Assembly: GCA_030390025.1 (NCBI GenBank)
Contig: CM059425.1
Span: forward strand, 43,462,001 to 43,526,000
Direction: 5' to 3'
Origin: Squalus acanthias
Lineage: Eukaryota
Length of the DNA stretch: 64,000 bases
Shown: positions 1 to 10,198 of the stretch, piece by piece
How positions within the stretch are numbered: position 1 is the first letter of the stretch
Layout of the letters: every line of letters starts with the position of its first letter
Made by a program: the position numbers and the translations under genes
Notes under the pieces: model-generated
Database searches by the model: none
The model's input: only the letters and a program-made list of their open reading frames with translations
Told to the model about the DNA's origin: nothing

Positions 1-583
1 AATTTGAGGAGGACACTCCATAATCCCTCACGGTTGACAGTGTCGAAGGCCTTTGTGAGATCAAAGAAGACCATGTACAGCGGTTGGTGCTGTTCCCTGC
101 ATTTCTCTTGTAATTGTCGTGCGGTGCAGATCATGTCCATTGTGCCCCTTAGTGGGCGGAATCCGCATTGCGACTCTGGGAGGAGCTCTTCAGCCACTGG
201 GAGAAAGCGATTGAGGAGGATTCTTGCGATGACTTTCCCTGTGGCAGACAGCAGGGAAACTCCTCTGTAATTACCGCAATCGGACTTGTCACCTTTCTTG
301 AAGATGGTCACAATTACGGTGTCTCTGAGGTCCCCTGGCATACTCTCCTCCTTCCAGATAAGAGAAATGAGTTCATGAATTCACGCCAGTAGTGTTTCTC
401 TGCCATGCTTTAGTGCCTCGGCGGGGATTCCATCTGCTCCTGAGGCCTTGTTGTTCTTCAGTTGTCGAATGGCCTTTTCAACCTCATGCCGAGCTGGGGT
501 TGTGCTGAGATGGTGGCGGGTAGCATGCTGTGGGATGGAGTTGAGGACACTCGCGTCGAAGACAGAGTCTCGGTTAAGGAGAT
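1..583 (-). mobile_element. RTE-clade LINE, reverse transcriptase (RT) N-terminal part; continues beyond window start and is split by the Gypsy insertion
   Basis: Minus strand reads LNRDSVFD..KASGADGIPAE..KKGDKSDCGNYRGVSLLS..ESQCGFRPLRGTMD..FFDLTKAFDTV with one in-frame stop; joins WKEHFEDL at about 5020-5045 once the LTR element is removed. Confidence 0.93.
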
Positions 584-777
584 TGTGGTAACACAATACA
601 GCTTTCTGTGACTCGAACTTTATTGCATCACTTCCTGTGATTAGTCCAGGATAAATACTGGACTGATCAGTTGGATCCTGGAGAGGCATAGAGTAAGACC
701 TCTTTTGTATGTAGCACCTTTTTAGTTGATTAAAGCTTACTTTAAGTTCACCACGCGTAAGGCTCATTCTTACGACA
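584..777 (+). repeat. 5' LTR (194 bp)
   Basis: tgtggtaa...ttacgaca, imperfect terminal inverted repeat; matches 4823-5016 except one T/C. Confidence 0.97.
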
Positions 778-778
778 A

Positions 779-789
779 TTTAATCAACT
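779..789 (+). promoter_or_regulatory. Atypical primer-binding site, complementary to LTR 724-734 (candidate self-priming)
   Basis: tttaatcaact is the exact reverse complement of agttgattaaa; no TGG-initiated tRNA PBS follows the LTR. Confidence 0.6.
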
Positions 790-855
790 TTGAAAAACTT
801 CGCACTCAAACTTTTTGGACGAACTCGGAACTAAGGATCCAGGGAATCACCCATC

Positions 856-1764
856 ATGGAAAACATCCTTAAACCATCGCGTCTTGACTTGGACCCAAAC
901 ACCCCAGCAGCCGGTAAGGTGTGGAAACACTGGTATCGCACGTTTGACAATTTTCTCGAATATTGCAAGGCTGATGATGACTCAAAGTTGCGGATACTCA
1001 TCAACTGTGTCACCCCCAATGTATTTCAGTATGTCGAGGAATGGGGCAGTTACGAGGAGGCAATTCGGACGCTTAAAAGACTATATACTAAGACACCGAA
1101 TGAGGTCTATGCCAGACATCTACTAGCTACAGCCCAACAAGGGCCGGAGGAATCCATTGATAAATTCCTCCAAGAGCTTCGCAGACTTAGTATGGACTGT
1201 AACTTTCAGGCGGCCTCAGCTGAGCTGTACCGTGAAGAAATGATCCGTGATGCTTTCATCTGCGGGCTTGCCTCCCCATTTATACGCCAGCGTCTACTGG
1301 AAAGTAAGACACTTGAGCTTCAGAGAGCTTATGACATGGCTTGCTCTCTAGATCTGGCAAAAAGAAATGCAGACCTTTATACAGTGCCCAGACCTCGGTC
1401 TGCTGCCTTAACTACAGTCAGGCAATTTAAGAGGCCACAGGTGAACTCTATTAGGGAGGACTTTATCCCTGACGATCAATCTGATGACTTCACTGATGAA
1501 GAGGATGATGACCCCACTGTGGCAGCCTCTTGGCAATCTAAGAAATGCTTCTTTTGTGGTGATGAGTTTCACCCTCGGAAATTCTGCCCTGCTCGCAATG
1601 CGTTTTGCAGTCATTGCAACAAAAAGGGTCATTTTGCAAAGGTTTGCCTATCAAGAGCCTCTACGAGGGCTTATCAAGCTAAGTCCTACCGAACTGCCCC
1701 GGTAAGGGCCTATCAAGATGTTCCGGCTAAAATCTATCGTGCTTCCTCTCGGGTTTTCTCTTGA
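856..1764 (+). CDS. gag: Gypsy gag with tandem zinc knuckles
   Basis: 302 aa ORF containing CFFCGDEFHPRKFC and CSHCNKKGHFAKVC. Confidence 0.9.
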   Translation: MENILKPSRLDLDPNTPAAGKVWKHWYRTFDNFLEYCKADDDSKLRILINCVTPNVFQYVEEWGSYEEAIRTLKRLYTKTPNEVYARHLLATAQQGPEESIDKFLQELRRLSMDCNFQAASAELYREEMIRDAFICGLASPFIRQRLLESKTLELQRAYDMACSLDLAKRNADLYTVPRPRSAALTTVRQFKRPQVNSIREDFIPDDQSDDFTDEEDDDPTVAASWQSKKCFFCGDEFHPRKFCPARNAFCSHCNKKGHFAKVCLSRASTRAYQAKSYRTAPVRAYQDVPAKIYRASSRVFS

Positions 1765-4700
1765 AGAAACACACCTAGAGTTTCAGCCACTCTTTGTGCA
1801 ACGACACCAATTACAGCTGCTTGTCCTCAGAACCTATTCCATGCAGCTACAAAAGCATCAATTAATGGACATACTTTAGATGCCTTAATTGACTCAGGTA
1901 GCACTGATAGTTTCATTAGGGAACAGATTGTTGCAGAGTTAAAGCTACATGTTTTCCCATCGGACCAGGCAATTGCGATGGCTCAGTCATCACTTAATAC
2001 CAGAATTTCAGGCTTCTGTATGGTTGAAATAACACTTAATGGTCACAGGTATCCCTCCACCCGGCTTTCGGTGCTCAAGGACTTATGTAGTGATCTTATC
2101 TTAGGGCTGGATTTTCAAAAGCAGCATAAGAAGCTCACCATTGAGTTCGGCGGATCCAAACCTGAACTCACTATTTCTAATATACGACCTCGATTACCGT
2201 TCTGTGCATTGTCAGCAGCTTCACTGGATGAACCCTCACTGTTTACCAGTATCCCTCCTCGATGCAAACCGATTATAACAAAGTCACGACGTTTCAGTCA
2301 GGAAGACCAGTCTTTTATTGCGGCTGAGATTTCTCGGCTTTTAGCAGAGGATATCATCGAGCCTTGTTCGTCGCCATGGCGCGCCCAGGTCGTTATTGTT
2401 AAGAACCCTCTACAACCTCACAAGAAACGGCTGTGCATTGACTATTCACAGACCATCAATCAATATACGGACTTGGACGCATACCCATTGCCGCGCATCG
2501 ATGATATGGTTAATAAACTGGCTGAGTACACGGTGTTCTCAACATATGATCTGAAAAGTGCCTATCATCAGGTACCCTTGAAGGTCTCAGACAAGCAGTA
2601 TACGGCCTTTGAAGCCAATGGACGGCTGTATCAATTTCGTCGCCTCCTCTTTGGGGTCACTAATGGAGTGGCTGTCTTCCAGCGAGCAATGGATGACCTG
2701 GTCAAACAGGAAGACTTGAAGGATACGTTTCCTTATCTGGACAATATTACTGTCGCAGGTCGCAATCAGCGGGAACATGACGCCAATCTCCAACGATTTT
2801 GGGATGCACTCCAGCACCGTAATTTGACATTAAATGCGGCTAAATCCATTGAGTCACAACCAACCATCAACATCCTTGGCTATTGTGTGGGCAATGGCAT
2901 CATTAAACCTGACCCTGAAAGGCTTCGCCCACTCCAAGAACTCCCGCCACCTAAAAATCCGGCCTCCTTGCGCCGGGCCCTCGGCCTGTTTGCATACTAT
3001 GCTAAATGGATTCCTAACTTCTCGGACCGAATCCAACCTCTACTGAAGGCCAGCACATTCCACTAGACACAGCGGCTGTTGCAGCCTTTAACCTCCTGAA
3101 AAAACAGTTGGAGAAAGCGGCTCTTCACTCCATCGATGAGAGTCTTCCTTTTGTTGTGGAGTGTGATGCCTCGGAGGTGGCGATCTCGGCCACTCTGAAT
3201 CAGGAAGGTCGTCCGGTGGCATTTTTGTCCAGGACTTTTCAAGGGGCTGAGCTACATTATCCTCCAGTCGAGAAAGAAGCTACAGCCATCATAGAGGCAG
3301 TACGGAAGTGGACTCATCTCCTAGCTCGCCAGCACTTTACCTTAATCACGGACCAGCGATCGGTCGCCTTCATGCTCGATAATCGAAAACGGACCAAAAT
3401 TAAAAATAATAAAATCCAGCTTCGGCGGCTGGAATTGGCCTCTTTTGGTTACACCATCCACTATCGACCTGGCAAGGAGAATGTGGCTCCGGATACCCTC
3501 ACACGAGCATTCTGCTCCGCCATGGCACCCTCTACGCTCGTAGACATCCATGATGGGTTGTGTCATCCGGGCGTTACTCGCATGCTACACTTCATGCGGT
3601 CCCGAAATCTCCCATTCTCTACCGGGGATGTAAAGAAGATGTGCTCGGACTGCAGAGTCTGTGCGGAATTGAAACCTCAGTTTTTCCGCCCCTCGGGTGG
3701 TATACTCATACATGCGACCCAGCCAATGCAACGGCTTAGCATCAATTTTAAGGGGCCGTTGCCCTCTTCAACTCGCAACACTTATCTATTGACCATGGTT
3801 GATGAGTATTCCCGTTTTCCGTTTGCCTTTCCCTGCCCCAATATGCTGACGACCACGGTTATCAGCTGCCTTGAGCAGGTATTTGCTTTCTGTGGCATGG
3901 CATCCTATGTTCATTTGGATCGGGGCCCTTCTTTTATGTCAGGAAAACTCAAGGCCTATCTCTCGGAACGGGGTATTGCTGCCAGCAGAACGACGCCTTA
4001 TTATCCGGTCGGGAATGGGCAAGTCGAGCGTTTTAACGCTATCATCTGGAATGCGGTACGTCTGGCTTTGAGATCTCGGGGCCTACCCAACCAGCAATGG
4101 GAAGCAGTACTTCCAGACGCATTACACTCCACACGGTCCCTCCTTTCGACCGCCACAAATACGACGCCTCATGAACGGTTCTTCCGATTTCAGCGTCGCT
4201 CATCCTATGGGATATCTCTCCCGTCGTGGCTGACTGCACCGGGACCAGTGCTACTCCGAAGATATGTCTAAGAATGACCCCCTGGTAGATGAGGTTGAGC
4301 TCACTGACGTCAACCCTACCTACGCCTATATTCGGTATCCTGACGGTCGGGAATCTACCGTGTCATTGCGGGATCTGGCTCCCTGCCCGCCGAAACATAG
4401 AGGGAAACCAGGGGATGATATTGTACCAGGCACATCTCTGGGCTCGCCAGGTGCCTCTCATCACGATCTGGATCTGACGCCGGCTGGTACCTCACTCCAG
4501 CGTGCCGACCTGGGGCAGACTGACAATGAGCCCGTCGGGGCTCGCACGCGCAGCCACGATCCACCCCGTACCATACGCTCGGAAACGGATCTGCCACAGC
4601 CCTGCCCGACACCCGTTCGGGCACCAGTACACAGTCAGGATCGTCCTGACCCCTCACAGAGCGGGCTGGATCACTCAGACTCTGGTCCACGGCCCGCGGC

Positions 4701-4803
4701 GGGTAAACGGGCTAGGGGCCCTCTACCGCTACGAGAACCCAAACGGGTGCGGCTCTCCCTCGTCCGGCGGCTACGAAATGGAGGGAGCATCCCGGCCTCC
4801 TAA
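1765..4803 (+). pseudogene. pol: Gypsy pol (protease, RT, RNase H, integrase), frameshifted
   Basis: In frame after the gag TGA: LIDSGSTDSF; RT SPWRAQVV, CIDY, DLKSAYHQ, YLDNI; RNase H VECDAS, EKEA, ITDQRS; integrase HDGLCH..CRVC, HLDRG, NGQVER. Frameshifts near 3060 and 4265. Confidence 0.92.
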
Positions 4804-4809
4804 TCTTTT

Positions 4810-4822
4810 GGGGGGGGGAGAA
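4810..4822 (+). promoter_or_regulatory. Polypurine tract
   Basis: G-run plus agaa immediately upstream of the 3' LTR. Confidence 0.9.
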
Positions 4823-5016
4823 TGTGGTAACACAATACAGCTTCCTGTGACTCGAACTTTATTGCATCACTTCCTGTGATTAGTCCAGGATAAATACTGG
4901 ACTGATCAGTTGGATCCTGGAGAGGCATAGAGTAAGACCTCTTTTGTATGTAGCACCTTTTTAGTTGATTAAAGCTTACTTTAAGTTCACCACGCGTAAG
5001 GCTCATTCTTACGACA
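4823..5016 (+). repeat. 3' LTR (194 bp)
   Basis: Direct repeat of 584-777, followed by the GAGAT TSD. Confidence 0.97.
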
Positions 5017-6349
5017 GAGATCTTCGAAGTGCTCCTTCCAGCGGGCACTGACTGCCTCTCTGTCCTTAATGAGCACCTCTCCGTTCTTGGCCCGCAGTGG
5101 GGTAGGGCCTTGGGTGCTTGGGCTGTAGGCGGTCTTGACTGCGCTAAAGAATCCACGCACGTCATGGTTGTCGGCTAGCTGCTGGATCTCCTGCGCTTTC
5201 TCCACCCACCATCTGTTCTTTAGGTCGCGAGTTTTTTGTTGGACCTCGGCCTTCAGGCGTCTGTAGAGCTGCTTTCTTGCTCTCGAGTTCTGTTGCTGTT
5301 TCCAGATCAGGAATGCCTTGCGCTTGCGACTTATTAGCCCTTGGATCTCCTGGTCGTTCTCGTCGAACCAGTCTTGGTGTTTTCTGATCGAGTGACCGAA
5401 CGTCTCTTCACAGGTGCTGATTATGGAGGCCTTGAGTGCAGACCAGGCGCTGTGGGCACTCTGTGTCTCTGCATCACTGGGAGTCGTCAGGTTGTTTGTG
5501 AGGCGCAGGCTGAATAGAGCCTTCTTAGCGGGGTCTTTGAGTGCTCTAGCGTTAATTTTCCTGTGGCATTGTTTCTGTTGCCACCGCTGTTTTGGGGCTA
5601 CATTGATGGAGATGACAGAGCGGATTAGGCGGTGGTCTGTCCAGCAGTCGTCAGCTCCTGTCATGGCGCGGGTGATGCGACGTCCTTGCGGTCCTTCGCT
5701 CGGACGATGACGTAGTCCAGCAGATGCCAGTGCTTGGAGCGAGGGTACTGCCATGAAGCCTTGTACTTGTCTCTCTGACGGAACAAGATGTTGGTTATGA
5801 CAAGGCCATGTTCTAAGCATTTCGACAGGAGGAGGGTACTGTTGGAGTTGGCTTTCCCTACCCCCTCTTTGCCGATCACACCTCCCCAGAGGTCTGTGTC
5901 CTTTCCAACTCTGGCGTTAAAGTCGCCAAGGAGGATCAGCTTGTCGCCCGTTGGGACTCGGGACAGGGATTGTTCGAGGCTGGAGTAGAATTCCTCTTTG
6001 GTCTCATCTGTGGCTTCCAGTGTTGGGGCGTATGCACTGATGACCGTAGCGCACTTGTTCCGGGTTAGGGTGAGCCGAAGAGTCATGAGGCGCTCGTTTA
6101 TACCGCTAGGAGAGTCTCTGAGATGCCCAACTAGTTCATTTTTTATGGCGAAGCCTACCCATGGAGGCGGCGTTCTTCTTCAGGTTTGCCTTTCCAGAAG
6201 AAGGTGTAGCCACCGCCTTGCTCCTTGAGCTGGCCTTCCCCTGCCCGCCGGGTCTCACTTAGGGCGGCGATGTCAATGTCGAAACGTCTGAGCTCCCGGG
6301 CAACGATAGCAGTGTGGCGTTCCGGTCTGTCACTGTTGGGGTTGTCCAA
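5017..6349 (-). mobile_element. RTE-clade LINE, APE endonuclease and linker, frameshifted
   Basis: DIAALSETR, YTFFWKG, ISAYAPT, LILLGDFNARVG, HWHLLDYVIVR, CWTDHRLI across ORFs 6155-6355, 5661-6086 and 4987-5820. Confidence 0.93.
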
Positions 6350-6582
6350 CAGCACAGAAAGAGGCCCTTCGGCCCATCGTGTCCACGCCGGCCATCAAGC
6401 CCTAGCTGTGCTAATCCCATTTTCCAGCACTTGGTCCGTAGCCTTGTATGCTATGGCATTTCAAGTGCTCATCTAAATGCTTCTTGAATGTTGTGAGGGT
6501 TCCTGCCTCTACCACCCTTTCAGGCAGTGAGTTCCAGATTCCAACCACCCTCTGGGTGAAAAAGTTTTTCCTCAAATCCCCT
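6350..6582 (-). mobile_element. CR1 LINE 3' end fragment
   Basis: Reverse complement has FFTQRVV-type coding end and 3' UTR similar to other CR1 copies in the window. Confidence 0.75.
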
Positions 6583-7239
6583 GGATCGAGGCAGGTTTGG
6601 GTTCGGATTTGAGATTTAAAATTTTTTAACTTCCCACGTGACCCAAACCCACCTGTTTTTGGGGGTTAAAATTACCCTCTTGGTTACTGATTGACTTGTT
6701 CCTTTCATAAACGAAAGGTGCCTACAGTATCCCTGTACACATATATGTTGGCCTTTTGCATTTCTCCCTGTAATGGGAGCGATTAGATAAATAGCTGCGA
6801 TCTGTGGCTAGGACCACAGAGCAGAGGCAAACACTGATCAAAAATATCCACTTTAGTTTAAAAAATACCAACATTTGAGTGTGTGCCTGATCTCTGGTAA
6901 AATAAGATGGGGGCATATTGTCTTGTGCTAATGGTTCACCTGTCCCATCTCTGGCAGTTTGGTGGGGAATGTCACTTTGTGGAAGAGCTGCAATGCTTTA
7001 ATCCCTGCTAGTTTGGTGGGTTGCGGGATATACAATCCAATGGAGGTGGTGTATTTATTCAATTTATGGTAGTCTGGTGGGGTGCGGTGAGGCTGTGGGG
7101 TTGTGTATGCATTCTCATAGTGATGTGTGATCAGTCTTTTCCTGGTAGTACTAAGTGGGGTGGGGGTGGGGATTATGCTGTCTTGTGGTAGTGATCTGTC
7201 TGTTTTATAGCTGTTAGCCTAATGGGGTCATTATAGAGA

Positions 7240-7467
7240 ATTAAAGAACAGGGGAGTTCTCCTGGTCTTGGTCAACTTTTATCCCTCAACCAACACCACA
7301 AAAACAGATTATCTGGTCATTGTCTCATTGAAGCTATGTGCAAATTCGCTGCAGTGTTTCCCTACTTTATAACAATGACTGCACGTCAATGGTACTTCAT
7401 TGACTGTGAAGCACTTTGGCACATTCTGAGGAGGTGAAAGGTACTATAAAAATGTAAGTTCTTTCTT
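7240..7467 (+). mobile_element. DeuSINE (SacSINE1-like) 3' half
   Basis: Homologous to 7780-7950 plus the tail aaggtactataaaaatgtaagttctttctt. Confidence 0.75.
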
Positions 7468-7556
7468 ATCGCAGTAACCTGTGCAATCCCTATTTAGTCT
7501 AGTAGTGTCCTGGCATTGTATTCTTGCATGCAGAATAAATTATATTACAATAAATA

Positions 7557-7950
7557 TCAGCCAGTGACTCAGTTGGTAGCACTCTCACCTCTGAGTCAGA
7601 CGGTTGTGGGTTCAAGTCCCACTCCAGGGACTTGAACACATAAATCTAGTCTGACACTCCAGTGCAGTGCTGAGGGAGTGCTGCACTGTCGGAGGAGCCG
7701 TCTTTCAGATGAGACGTTAAACCGAGGCCCCTTCTGCTCTCTCAGGTGGATGTAAACGATCCCATGGCACTATTTCGAAGAAGAGCAGAGGAGTTATCCC
7801 TGGTGTCCTGGCCAATATTTATCCCTCAATCAACATAACAGAAACAGATTACTGGCCATTATCATATTGCTGTTTGTGGCTGCCGCGTTTCCTACATTAC
7901 AACAATGACTGCACTTCAAAAAGTACTTCATTGGCTGTAAACCACTTTGG
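7557..7950 (+). mobile_element. tRNA-headed DeuSINE (SacSINE1-like)
   Basis: A box gtgactcagttggt, B box gggttcaagtccc, Deu-type core gatgagacgttaaaccgaggccc; several more copies in the window. Confidence 0.85.
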
Positions 7951-8172
7951 ACCAGGCGTAAGGGTTCCGTGGGCATTCATTGGGTAAGTAGCCCAACTCT
8001 GCGCCAGCGAATGTCTATTTCCTGCAGATTTGTACATCTGTCAAGCTGAAACTTGACAGATCACAGGTTCCGGGTTTTCGCACGTGCGCAGCGCATGCGG
8101 AAATCCAGAACTCGCGGGGCAAGTACAACCACGTGTGCGTATGCAGTCATAGGCCCCAGAAAATCTGGGCCT
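7951..8172. mobile_element. Harbinger-type MITE fragment
   Basis: Ends in aaaatctgggcc, matching terminal inverted repeat (TIR) consensus of other MITEs here; similar to 14190-14400 in inverted orientation. Confidence 0.6.
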
Positions 8173-8340
8173 TTATGTTACAGTGTAAGGAAAGAGAGCC
8201 GATTTTACCCTTTGCCAGAAGGACTGCAAGATCTGCCTCTAACATGCCTGACTACCAGTCCAGTATGGAAGTCTTGCTTTCACCTGTCAGCATGGGGTTG
8301 ATGACAAAGGAATTTTTGCATCTCATTTCAGTTTACTTCA

Positions 8341-8602
8341 ACAACAACAACAACAACAACTTGTATTTATATAGCGTCTTTAACATAGTAAAACGTTCCA
8401 AGGCGCTTCACAGGAGTGTAATACGACAAAAAATTGACACCGAGCCACATAAGAAATGAGGACAGATGACCAAAAGCTTGGTAAAATAGGTAGGTTTTAA
8501 GGAGCATCTTAAAGGAGGAAAGTGAGGTAGAGAGGCGGAGAGATTTAAGGAGGGAATTCCAGAGCTTAGGGCCGAGGCAGCTGAAGGCACGGCCACCAAT
8601 GG
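8341..8602 (-). mobile_element. L2 LINE 3' end with (TTG)n tail
   Basis: Inverse of 9040-9287; flanked by a ttca duplication that the opposite palindrome arm shows as a single copy. Confidence 0.85.
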
Positions 8603-8770
8603 TTCAGTGAGCATTGCTTGCCTCTGTGATTATTTCATGTACTCCAATAGGACGAAAGTCCTTTTCTTGTTTCATGTGTTACATTTCCTCTACTTGGGTG
8701 GGGATTGTGAGTCCACATCACACAACGTCTTTTGAACAGATACATCAGGCGTATGAGATTATAGGCTCAC

Positions 8771-9287
8771 CTTGCACCCTCAGTAAACTTGAGCTCATCT
8801 GAAACTCTGCTGCCTGTATCCTAACTCCCATCAAGTCCCGTTCACCCATCACACCTGTGCTCGCTGACCTACATTGGCTCCCAGTCCGGCAATGCCTCGA
8901 TTTTAAACTTCTCATAATTGTTTTCAAATCCCTCCATGGCCTCACCCCTCCCTATCTCTGTAACCTCCTCCAGCCCTACAATGCTCCGAGATCTTTGCGC
9001 TCCTCCAATTCTGGCCTCTTGAGCATCGGCGATTTTCATCGCTCCACCATTGGCGGCCGTGCCTTTAGCTGCCTGGGTCCTAAGCTCTGAAGCCTCTCCA
9101 TCTCTCTACCTCTCCCTCCTCCTTTAAGACACTCCTTAAAACCTATCTCTTTGACCAAACTTTTTGTTACCTGTCCTAATATTTCCTTATGTGGCTCGGT
9201 GTCAACTTTTGTTTGATAATGCTCCTGTGAAGCGCCTTGGGATGTTTTACTATGTTACAGGCACTATATAAATGCAAGTTGTTGTTG
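8771..9287 (+). mobile_element. L2 LINE 3' end
   Basis: ITPVLADLHWLPV..FKSLHGLTPPYL..RSLRSS..GGRAFS; tail tatataaatgcaagttgttgttg. Confidence 0.9.
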
Positions 9288-9306
9288 TACTGCGAGTGAG
9301 TCTATA

Positions 9307-10198
9307 GGGGGAAAAATTCGGTTGGTTTGTGCCTCTTGTTAGCGCCTTAAGAGGACGCTAATGGGGCGCAAAGCAACTAGCGCCCGTGCGCGGCGATATT
9401 TGCGCCGCTCACAAAATTAACTAGACATTTTGCGGCGGTGCTAAACACTACCGCCACGATCCCCTGCGCCGGCAGATCATGACATCAGTCGAGAGTGCAA
9501 CGCCCCGGTAGCGCCTCGGACCGGATATTGAGTGGCGCCCCCTGTCTTACCGCCTGCCGCTAGCAACGACAGGTTGAGGGGAGCGTTTTGCAGTCGGGAA
9601 GGGACTGGGGGAGCGCTATTTAAAGGGGACCGCTTCCTGCCTTTTTTTGTCAGTGAAATTTTTGCACCACGCATTCTAAGTGAGAGAGAGAGACTGCAGG
9701 AGAGATTCAAAGCTGTGTTGAGGAGTTTTGGGTACTGAGCAGCACTTTGCAGGTTCTTTCTGATTTGATCTTCCTTGCATCGATTTAGAAGAGAATATGG
9801 GGGCTGCACTCTGAGCTCTTTCCCTGGGCCTCTCCATTGTTCTTTCCAACAGATTTGATGTACAGGTCTCTCCAGGCCAAGATTCAAGGCTACAATGAGC
9901 AGGGTGTGGATGGAGAGCAAGATCGACCCTCCCCTTTAAGAACTGGCTGGCGCCAGTGTGTCTGTGTTCCATTGCTGACTGACATCACATGAGCTTCGCC
10001 AGCGCTCTGAGGTAGCGCCTCGCTCCTCGGACTTTGCGCCTTAAGACAGGTGTGTAGCACCTGATTTAGCGCTCCAATCACCTCCAGGGGCGATAAAAGC
10101 CAAGTTTGCAGTCGGAGGCAATAATTAGTGCCAGGCGCTAATCTTTGCGTCCGGCCAATAATTGCGCCCCAAATGGGGCGATACTGAATTTCTCCCCC
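9307..10198. mobile_element. Non-autonomous PIF/Harbinger element (892 bp)
   Basis: TIRs gggggaaaaattcgg / ctgaatttctccccc; 3-bp TSD ATA; second copy inverted at 25219-26106. Confidence 0.9.

Larger units (their letters stand above)
584..5016 (+). mobile_element. Full-length Ty3/Gypsy LTR retrotransposon (Mag-like), recent, coding region disabled
   Basis: TG..CA LTRs at 584-777 and 4823-5016; 5-bp TSD GAGAT at 579-583 and 5017-5021; domain order gag-PR-RT-RH-IN; polypurine tract before the 3' LTR. Confidence 0.97.

Noticed and set aside
7469-7476. tcgcagta matching the reverse of the palindrome apex (9288-9295) as a TSD
   Set aside because: Only 8 bp, separated from the arm, and geometry does not fit a TSD
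7560-7630. tRNA gene
   Set aside because: A/B boxes run directly into a SINE body; same for 40150-40205, 54165-54225 and 60250-60330
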